From positions 110 to 64,109 of the forward strand of contig DATHCJ010000049.1 of the NCBI GenBank assembly GCA_035319575.1: a DNA stretch of 64,000 nucleotides, written 5' to 3'. Shown here in pieces: positions 58,949 to 64,000 of the stretch. The stretch comes from Candidatus Limnocylindrales bacterium (GTDB lineage Archaea > Thermoproteota > Bathyarchaeia > Bathyarchaeales > Bathycorpusculaceae). The stretch's first letter is position 1. Every line of letters begins with the position of its first letter. Under the pieces are notes generated by a model. That model did no database searches, was not told where the DNA came from, and was given only the letters and a program-made list of their open reading frames with translations. Made by a program: the position numbers and the translations under genes.

Positions 58949-60559
58949 TTACTTCTTTGTTTGTTTAAATTCTTCTCTCGTCTTCATTTGCCGTCGCTTT
59001 AGGTTGTAGCCGAGCGAGAAGTCATGTGCCGCATCACGAATTTTCCTCAGCAAAAGCATCATTCGGCTGTTCTTGTCAAAGGTTCTTGGCGCTGACTCGT
59101 CAGGCAAGTAAATCTCTTCCCGCTCCTTCGCCAAACCAATCAATGGAACCTGTAATCCAAGTTTTTGCAGCGCTGCTTTTGCCGCGCTGACTTGTCCAGG
59201 TCCACCGTCAACAAGCACTAAATCGGGTAGCTGGCTTTTTTCTTCAACCAAACGCTTGTATCTCCTCTCGATCACCTCGTTAAGGGCAGCGAAGTCATCT
59301 TGACCGGTAAAAGTCTTGATTTTGAATCGTCGGTAGCTTTTCTTGTCCGGCTTTGCATCTCTGAAGCTGACCATGCCTGAAACCACGTGCTCCCGACCCA
59401 TGTTGGAAACATCAAAGCATTCAATTACGCGTGGCAGCGTTGAAAGGTTAAGCTCTGTCTGAAGATCAACTAGCGCACGGTCAACTCCCAATGTAGACTC
59501 AAAATTTTTCTCCGCCAACTGAACTAGTGCAAGCTTATCTGCTTTTCTGGGAACGATCAAAGAAACTGTCGCGCACCGTTTTGCTGAGAGGAATTCTTCG
59601 AGGGCTTTCTTCTCCTCGGGCTCTTGCCAGCAAGGCTTATTTAACAGGATTTCGCGCGGAATTTGGTTGGTTGTGTAATACGCCTTGAGAAACTCTTGTT
59701 CGATTTGTGGTTGAAGGTCAACGGTGAATTCTTTTTTGCCGAGTAAAACGCCTCTTCTCACTGCCATCTCGACTACCAGCATTTTCTGGTTGACTCGCTG
59801 GAACACCATGACGTCTTGGTCGAACCACCGTTCATTATCCACAATCTGATGGTCAGTCAGAAGCCTGATGGATGCGATTTGATTTCGAAGTTCCAGTGCC
59901 TCTTCATATTTTTGGTTTGTTGAGGCGGTCTGCATTTGAGAGTTAAGCATGCGTATTGTCTGCTCATAATTTCCCTTCAAGAAAGAACGCGCCTGCTCCA
60001 CTTGTTCCCCGTATTGCCGGACGGTGACTTTTCCGATGCACGGTGCCGTACAAAGGCGAATATGATAGTTTAGGCACTCCCTTTTAGGCATGGTTTTGCA
60101 GGTTCGCAGCTTGAAAACGCGCACAACCACCCGCTGGAGGTCCAGCCGTGTGAAGCCTTCCGTGTATGGTCCGAAGGATTCAAGTTTGCGTGAAACTTTG
60201 CGGCTCATCATCATTCGGGGATAAGGCTCTCGGGTTAGTGAGATGTAGGCGTAGCTTTTAGCATCTTTGAGGTCGATGTTGTACTTGGGCGTATGCTGCT
60301 TAATGAGCTTGTTTTCCAGGAGTAACGCTTCAACCTCATTGTTAACGATTATCCAGTCGATTCCGCAGATTTGGGACACCAGCTGTCGTGTTTTCATTGG
60401 CTGGTCTTTGTTTAAGAAGTAGCTTTTGACTCGTGTCCGCAGGCTTTTGGCTTTGCCGATGTAGAGAATTTCGCCCTGCTTGTTCTTGAAGAGGTAAACC
60501 CCGGGATTCGTCGGTATGTCAGAGGTTTTGAAATCTGATGGACAGGTAATTTGAATCAT
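58949..60559 (-). CDS. uvrC: excinuclease ABC subunit C
   Basis: PGVYLF..ILYIGKAK, EALLLE, IECFDVS, DGGPGQ, RDAAH. Confidence 0.95.
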   Translation of the reverse strand: MIQITCPSDFKTSDIPTNPGVYLFKNKQGEILYIGKAKSLRTRVKSYFLNKDQPMKTRQLVSQICGIDWIIVNNEVEALLLENKLIKQHTPKYNIDLKDAKSYAYISLTREPYPRMMMSRKVSRKLESFGPYTEGFTRLDLQRVVVRVFKLRTCKTMPKRECLNYHIRLCTAPCIGKVTVRQYGEQVEQARSFLKGNYEQTIRMLNSQMQTASTNQKYEEALELRNQIASIRLLTDHQIVDNERWFDQDVMVFQRVNQKMLVVEMAVRRGVLLGKKEFTVDLQPQIEQEFLKAYYTTNQIPREILLNKPCWQEPEEKKALEEFLSAKRCATVSLIVPRKADKLALVQLAEKNFESTLGVDRALVDLQTELNLSTLPRVIECFDVSNMGREHVVSGMVSFRDAKPDKKSYRRFKIKTFTGQDDFAALNEVIERRYKRLVEEKSQLPDLVLVDGGPGQVSAAKAALQKLGLQVPLIGLAKEREEIYLPDESAPRTFDKNSRMMLLLRKIRDAAHDFSLGYNLKRRQMKTREEFKQTKK

Positions 60560-63459
60560 GCAGATTGCTTCACTGTCAAACTGATTTCTGCGTGCGGACG
60601 GTTAAGTATTTTCTTCAAGAATCTACCAGTGTAAGACGCGTTGATTTCAGCAACTTCTTCCGGTGTTCCCTGCGCCAGCAGTTCCCCACCTGCAGCTCCG
60701 CCTTCAGGACCCAAATCCACGAGGTAATCGCAGCTTTTTACGACATCCAAATTGTGCTCGATGATGTAGACCGTGTTTCCGTTGTCCACAAGCCGATTCA
60801 GCACTCTGATGAGGCGTTTGATATCGTCAAAGTGCAAGCCTGTCGTCGGCTCGTCAAGCATGTAAACCACGTGTCCAGTCTTGTGTTTGCTGAGTTCACG
60901 AGTGATTTTGATGCGTTGGCTTTCCCCGCCTGATAGCGTCGTTGAGCTTTGCCCAAGCTTGATGTAGCCTAAACCCACGTCTAAAAGCGTCTGAAGCTTG
61001 CGGCTTATTCTCGGAGTGTTCTCAAAAAACTTCGCCGCCTCCTCCACCGTCATGTCCAAGACTTCAGCTATGTTCTTGCTCTTGTAGAGGACACTGAGGG
61101 TTTCCTTGTTGTACCGCTTGCCTTTGCAGTCGCTGCACTGCACGTAAACGTCTGGCAGAAAGTTCATTTCGATGCGTAAGACACCGTCACCTTGGCAGGT
61201 CTCGCATCTGCCGCCTTTCACGTTGAAGCTGAATCGCCCCTCTTTGTAGCCGCGTGCCTTTGCCTCTTTGGTTGAAGCAAAAATGCGCCTAATCTCGTCG
61301 AAAAGCTTGGTGTATGTGGCTGGGTTACTTCTGGGTGTTCTGCCAATCGGGTCTTGGTCAATAACTATAACGTTCCTAACCAGTTCTGGAATGTCCAATG
61401 ACTCGTGTCTGCCAACTTTATCGACGTGTTCACCAAAGCTTTGGCGCAGGGCAGGAACAACGGTCAAATTCATAAGCGTGCTCTTTCCAGATCCGGAAAC
61501 CCCAGTGACCCCGCACAGAACGCCTAACGGCAACAGCAGACTGAGGTGTTTAAGATTGTTTTCTTCCGCACCCTTAACGGCAATGTAGCCGATGGGTTGG
61601 CGCCTTGACTCTGGCACCTCAATTTTCAGTTCGCAGGAAAGGTATCTGCCCGTAAGGCTCCGCTTGTTGGCCATAATCTCTTCGGGTGGACCTTGAGCTA
61701 CAACGTGTCCTCCGTGGACCCCCGCACCTGGTCCCATGTCGACGATGTAGTCAGCGTTCCGTATGGTTTCCTCGTCATGCTCAACGACGATTAGCGTGTT
61801 GCCTAAGTCGCGTAGCCGGTGGAGTGTGCTTATCAGTTTCGCGTTATCCCGTTGGTGTAAGCCAATGCTGGGTTCATCAAGAATGTAAAGTACACCCATC
61901 AGATTACTGCCGATCTGCGTTGCTAAACGAATTCTTTGGGCTTCGCCGTTTGAAAGCGTCCTTGCCGCTCGCGAAAGCGAAAGATAACCCAAACCAACAT
62001 TCTTCAAAAAACCCAATCGCTCATTGACTTCCTTGAGCACCTGCTTGGCGATCGCTAATTCCTTTTCGCTGAGTTGCGCTGGCAGGCCATGGAAGAAATC
62101 AACTGCTTCTTCGATTGAAAGGTCAGTGACGTCAATGATGCTCTTATCCTGAATCTTGACCGCCAACACAACAGGCTTCAGTTTTTTGCCCATGCAGGCG
62201 CTACACGGTTTCGAGGTCATAAATTTTTCAATATCTTCTCTTCGCCACTGGCTTTCCGTCTGGCGATAAAGCCTCATGGTTTGCGGAATAACGCCTTCCC
62301 AGCCGTCGCGCATCCACATGTTTGCCCCGTTTGACCAGTGCCCATTGAGCGGTTCTCTGTCGCCGTATAATAGCACATGCAGTTGCTGTTCAGTCAAATC
62401 CTTAATCGGGGTGAAAACGTCAAACCCGTATTTTTTGCCAATCATCGCAAGCTGTTGTGCACGCCAGCTGAGGTCCATGCTGCCATAAACTGCCAGGGCG
62501 CCATCCATGATGGAGAGGCTTTTGTTCGGGATAACCTTGTCTTCGGATATTTCAGTGATTTCTCCTAGGCCGTGGCAGCTTGGGCATGCGCCGAAGGGCG
62601 AGTTGAATGAGAACATGCGTGGTTCAAGGCTTTCGAAAACGATTTCGGGGTGATTTGGGCAGGCTCCGAACGTGCTGAACATCAATTCGTCTTGGAAGCG
62701 TTCAAGCTCCTTTTTCCTGTCTGCCTCAGCTTCCCTTTCAGCATCGATAACTATCATTGTTCCCTTGCCAACTTGAAGCGCCTGCTCCACTGCTTCACTG
62801 ATGCGGCTGCGTTCTTCGTCGACGATTTTTACCGTGTCGATGACGGCTTCGATCCAGTGTTTCTCGTAACGCACAAGCTTAACTTCTTCCTTGATGATGT
62901 CGGAATCATAAATTTTCTGGTCTACCCGTATTTTGGTGTAGCCCTGTTTTTTGAGGTCGTCGAAAACCTGCTCGTGTGTTCCTTTTATGCCGCGGATTAC
63001 TGGAGCCAAGAAAATGAGTGTTTTTTCTTTTTCAGCCATAATTAAGCTGGTTATATTTTCGGGGCTTTGAGGATGAATTGGACTGCCGCATTTTGGGCAA
63101 TGATGCGTGCCGATGCGTGCGAAGAGCAGCCTAAGGTAATCGTAGATTTCGGTAACTGTGCCAACGGTTGAACGGGGGTTTTTGCTGGTGCTTCTCTGCT
63201 CGATGGAGATTGCTGGAGATAACCCTTCAATCGAGTCAACGTCAGGCTTATCCATTAAGCCGAGAAATTGCCTAGCGTAAGCGGAGAGGCTTTCAACGTA
63301 TCTTCTTTGACCTTCAGCATAAATAGTGTCGAAGGCAAGGGTGGATTTTCCTGAGCCTGAGAGCCCCGTAATCACTATAAACTTGTTTCTGGGCAAATCT
63401 ACGTCTATATTTTTGAGGTTATGTTCTCTTGCGCCCTTAATTGAAATGGTGTCTCTCAT
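60556..63459 (-). CDS. uvrA: excinuclease ABC subunit A
   Basis: [23 protein letters not shown], two ABC modules. Confidence 0.97.
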   Translation of the reverse strand: MRDTISIKGAREHNLKNIDVDLPRNKFIVITGLSGSGKSTLAFDTIYAEGQRRYVESLSAYARQFLGLMDKPDVDSIEGLSPAISIEQRSTSKNPRSTVGTVTEIYDYLRLLFARIGTHHCPKCGSPIHPQSPENITSLIMAEKEKTLIFLAPVIRGIKGTHEQVFDDLKKQGYTKIRVDQKIYDSDIIKEEVKLVRYEKHWIEAVIDTVKIVDEERSRISEAVEQALQVGKGTMIVIDAEREAEADRKKELERFQDELMFSTFGACPNHPEIVFESLEPRMFSFNSPFGACPSCHGLGEITEISEDKVIPNKSLSIMDGALAVYGSMDLSWRAQQLAMIGKKYGFDVFTPIKDLTEQQLHVLLYGDREPLNGHWSNGANMWMRDGWEGVIPQTMRLYRQTESQWRREDIEKFMTSKPCSACMGKKLKPVVLAVKIQDKSIIDVTDLSIEEAVDFFHGLPAQLSEKELAIAKQVLKEVNERLGFLKNVGLGYLSLSRAARTLSNGEAQRIRLATQIGSNLMGVLYILDEPSIGLHQRDNAKLISTLHRLRDLGNTLIVVEHDEETIRNADYIVDMGPGAGVHGGHVVAQGPPEEIMANKRSLTGRYLSCELKIEVPESRRQPIGYIAVKGAEENNLKHLSLLLPLGVLCGVTGVSGSGKSTLMNLTVVPALRQSFGEHVDKVGRHESLDIPELVRNVIVIDQDPIGRTPRSNPATYTKLFDEIRRIFASTKEAKARGYKEGRFSFNVKGGRCETCQGDGVLRIEMNFLPDVYVQCSDCKGKRYNKETLSVLYKSKNIAEVLDMTVEEAAKFFENTPRISRKLQTLLDVGLGYIKLGQSSTTLSGGESQRIKITRELSKHKTGHVVYMLDEPTTGLHFDDIKRLIRVLNRLVDNGNTVYIIEHNLDVVKSCDYLVDLGPEGGAAGGELLAQGTPEEVAEINASYTGRFLKKILNRPHAEISLTVKQSA

Positions 63460-63539
63460 AACTTAAACCGGTTCCCTACTCCACTTCTGCAAACTGTACC
63501 AGTTTAACCATGAAAGATTTCAACCTTTTGTTGTAAACA

Positions 63540-64000
63540 CTATTTTTTCTGGTTTAAAAGTTCACTTTCCATCTTCCTAGACAACGCCCTATTCAACTCC
63601 GCAATCGCATCCCTGAGCTCAATAGCTCGCTCAAACTCCAGTTTCTCTGCAGCCTCCCTCATTTGCGCGTCAAGCTCAATCAACTGGCGCTCCATGTCCG
63701 TTTTTGCCAGGTGTTTGGTGCCTTTAATTTTGCCCTCCTTCAAAGAGACACTCTTCACTATGGTTGTTGGCGTGATGTGATGGATTTGGTTGAAGCGTCT
63801 CTGGAAGGAACGTCTGTGACGGGTGATTTCCATGGCTCGCTTAATCGACGCCGTCTCTATGTCAGCGTAGAGTATCACTCTGCCGTTGATGTTTCTCGAT
63901 GCTCTCCCGATGGTTTGGATGAGGCTTCGCTCGTCCCGCAGAAAGCCTTCCTTGTCAGCGTCTAAGATGAAAATTGTTGCAACCTCAGGGATGTCTAAGC
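63540..64000 (-). CDS. uvrB: excinuclease ABC subunit B (3' part; gene runs off the window)
   Basis: LDIPEV..ILDADKEGFLR..SLIQTIGRA, C-terminal UVR domain. Confidence 0.95.
   Translation of the reverse strand, partial: LDIPEVATIFILDADKEGFLRDERSLIQTIGRASRNINGRVILYADIETASIKRAMEITRHRRSFQRRFNQIHHITPTTIVKSVSLKEGKIKGTKHLAKTDMERQLIELDAQMREAAEKLEFERAIELRDAIAELNRALSRKMESELLNQKK

Overview
Archaeal chromosomal window, most consistent with Bathyarchaeia (TACK). This taxonomy is inferred from the stand-alone 5S rRNA, an eL22-like ribosomal protein, DUF1512, NucS, archaeal SRP RNA and GAGGTG-type SD sites. The main result is a compact selenocysteine (Sec) locus at about 10.5-18.6 kb. It holds a PSTK-SelB fusion ORF, SepSecS, a 9/4-fold tRNA-Sec(UCA) abutting the SepSecS stop, and one 836-aa HdrA-MvhD fusion that the ORF track splits in three. 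The split points are two in-frame UGA codons at the known Sec positions, and each UGA is followed after exactly 6 nt by a stem-loop. Other notable signals: (1) trpE has no in-frame start for its N-terminal 140 codons and can be reached by a prfB-like +1 shift at CUU-UGG-C, a candidate Trp-sensing frameshift. (2) A short Smc5/6-like ATPase is operonic with kleisin-like and Nse3/MAGE-like genes. (3) The 3' end of the SRP RNA gene is duplicated twice around cargo genes, suggesting an integration hotspot. (4) A B12-radical-SAM/glycosyltransferase cluster lies downstream of tRNA-Lys. The rest is housekeeping: map, mscL, mpg, nucS, trpEGDCBA, cutA, tsaA, uvrABC and three more tRNAs. All protein calls come from motif recognition by eye; no database searches were run.
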